A DNA stretch of 64,000 nt from a bacterium (GTDB lineage Bacteria; Patescibacteriota; Dojkabacteria; JAKAPS01), in NCBI GenBank assembly GCA_021806925.1, contig JAKAPS010000001.1, positions 71,040 to 135,039 of the forward strand. Reading direction: 5' to 3'. The notes below the pieces were generated by a model. The model was not told the DNA's origin, did no database searches, and saw nothing but the letters and a program-made list of their open reading frames with translations. Shown piece after piece: positions 62,469 to 64,000 of the stretch. Position numbers and translations under genes: made by a program. The first letter of the stretch is position 1; each line of letters begins with the position of its first letter.

Positions 62469-63974
62469 TTGATGCCTGTTGATAATGTATACATATTGGA
62501 TTTTAACTATACATTTATAAGTTTGGGTAAATTGTCTTTGAAAAAAAATGGTACAATTGATATACAATTTATTGATTATGAAAAGATTCCTGTAAGTACA
62601 TTAACAGGAGGTGTAGTAAGAAATAGCTCTTTAGTAGAAAAAACAATACAAAAAATATTGTTAAGACACAAAACAAAAAAAAGAATATTTGTTCTTGCAG
62701 TAATACCAGATGAAAAGATATACATACAATCTCTTGATTTACCAACAATGCCTAATGAAAAGATTGAATCCTCTATTCTTTTCAAATTACAGACCCTTAT
62801 TCCTGTTCCTTTAAAAGATGTTTACTGGAATTATTACATAACAAAGAGAAATAAGAATTTCATTTCTACAATAATTTTTGCGGGAAACAAGGAAAGCATT
62901 GACTCATTTTTCATACCACTTAAAAACATTGATGTATTTCCAATTGGCTTTATAAATACATCAAGTTCCATTAGCTCATTAATTAAGGATGAAAATGCCA
63001 TAATATTTAATATTGAGGATACTCAAAGTGTAATCTCAATAAAACAGGATGGAATAATAAAATTCTCAACAAATCAACATGTAGGAATAAATGGTATAAT
63101 AAAAATACTAGATGAATCATTCAATATTGATGATAGGAAGAGTTTTGAAATAATAAAGGAGATAGGATTAGATAATGTAGATGAACAAACAAAAGGGAAA
63201 ATAAAAGATATTTTTATAGGTCTTGAAGATGATATAAGAAAGGCTTCTACAAGCACAAATATAAAAAATGTATTTGTAACAGGTCCTGGATTAATATTAA
63301 AGAAATTACTTACAGATCTTAACATTCCCGATGTAACTATTAATGAACTAAAAGTAGATAATATAAATTCTGATTTACTAAATAAATTCACAGCAATAAT
63401 AGGTTGTGCTAAATATATAAGGAAATTGCCACTTCCCGTTGTACTTCAGAAAGAGGCAAAACAAAATATATATTTTCAAGTATTTAAGGACTCTGCGGAA
63501 CAATTTCTAAAATATATTTCGTTTAACTTAATAATAGTTTCATCAATTCTTGCAATAATAATTTATTACGGAAATATCCAGAACTCATTAATTCAAGCAA
63601 GAGTAAATACACTTAATTCTGAAATTAACTTAAACAGTTCAAAATATACTCCAGAAATATCAAAATTAAATACTGCTTTAAACGGTATATCCTATGCACA
63701 AAATCAATACGTCGATTGGACTGGATTCTTAAGTCAAATGCCTTCACTTGTACCAACTGGTGTTACACTTAATACCCTATCAGTAATACCTCAAAACAGC
63801 ATTTTAACAGTTCAAATAAGCGGACTTGCAACAACAAGAGCTGATTTACTAACTTATCTAGATAAATTAGAAAATAATTCATTATATCTCTCAAACGTAT
63901 CGCTACCAATTGAATCAATACAGAATTCAAATAATATTCAATTTTCAATAAATGCAGATATTACAAAATTATGA
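62469..63974 (+). CDS. pilM: Fused PilM-PilN type IV pilus alignment protein
   Basis: Actin-like PilM region (GGVVRN, IPVPLKDVYWNY, VFVTGPG), then TM and PilN region (VPTGVTLNTL, ISGLATTRADL). Confidence 0.8.
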   Translation: MMPVDNVYILDFNYTFISLGKLSLKKNGTIDIQFIDYEKIPVSTLTGGVVRNSSLVEKTIQKILLRHKTKKRIFVLAVIPDEKIYIQSLDLPTMPNEKIESSILFKLQTLIPVPLKDVYWNYYITKRNKNFISTIIFAGNKESIDSFFIPLKNIDVFPIGFINTSSSISSLIKDENAIIFNIEDTQSVISIKQDGIIKFSTNQHVGINGIIKILDESFNIDDRKSFEIIKEIGLDNVDEQTKGKIKDIFIGLEDDIRKASTSTNIKNVFVTGPGLILKKLLTDLNIPDVTINELKVDNINSDLLNKFTAIIGCAKYIRKLPLPVVLQKEAKQNIYFQVFKDSAEQFLKYISFNLIIVSSILAIIIYYGNIQNSLIQARVNTLNSEINLNSSKYTPEISKLNTALNGISYAQNQYVDWTGFLSQMPSLVPTGVTLNTLSVIPQNSILTVQISGLATTRADLLTYLDKLENNSLYLSNVSLPIESIQNSNNIQFSINADITKL

Positions 63975-64000
63975 AAAAGATATTCAAACAATTTAATATA
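63971..64000 (+). CDS. Start of next pil gene (PilO expected), partial
   Basis: ATGA overlap with pilMN stop; MKKIFKQFNI runs off the window. Confidence 0.4.
   Translation, partial: MKKIFKQFNI

Noticed and set aside
1-64000. CRISPR array, rRNA, IS or integrase
   Set aside because: No regularly spaced repeats, rRNA-like segment or recombinase/transposase motifs seen by eye
1-64000. Alternative genetic code 25 (TGA=Gly), as in some CPR lineages
   Set aside because: Conserved genes are full length under code 11 and TGA ends genes (10030, 54477, 63974)

Overview
AT-rich bacterial chromosomal segment using genetic code 11 (TGA is a stop). Gene content points to a Patescibacteria/CPR organism, probably Microgenomates-group; this is inferred from the G-domain-first IF2, protease-less Lon beside DUF4012, FtsA-like plus baseplate-J-like pair, fused PilM-PilN and orphan solute-binding protein. 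Layout: (1) 1-16 kb, a surface-protein/glycosylation locus with two paralogous Ser/Thr-rich secreted proteins, a DUF916-like partner, two paralogous DUF2723/TMEM260-like GT-C enzymes in mirror arrangement and a GT2. At its centre is a divergent pair: a putative LuxI/FeeM-like acyltransferase-ThiF fusion and an orphan 7TM histidine kinase, the best candidate for an undescribed signal synthase/receptor system. (2) 16-43 kb, housekeeping genes (metG, tatD, cdd, rodZ, ftsK, FtsA-like, truncated lon, pnp, rpsO, infB, ylxR, nusA, dnaJ), two TA modules, a gene split at an A10 run and an unannotated NUMOD3 microprotein. (3) 43-49 kb, sortase, solute-binding protein, Ig-like protein and a secreted phosphoesterase. 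(4) 49-64 kb, type IV pilus genes interrupted by about 8 kb of decaying accessory DNA around tRNA-Ala(GGC), including a HEPN/MNT TA pair. No CRISPR array, rRNA, integrase or transposase was seen. All family calls come from motif recognition by eye, not database searches.
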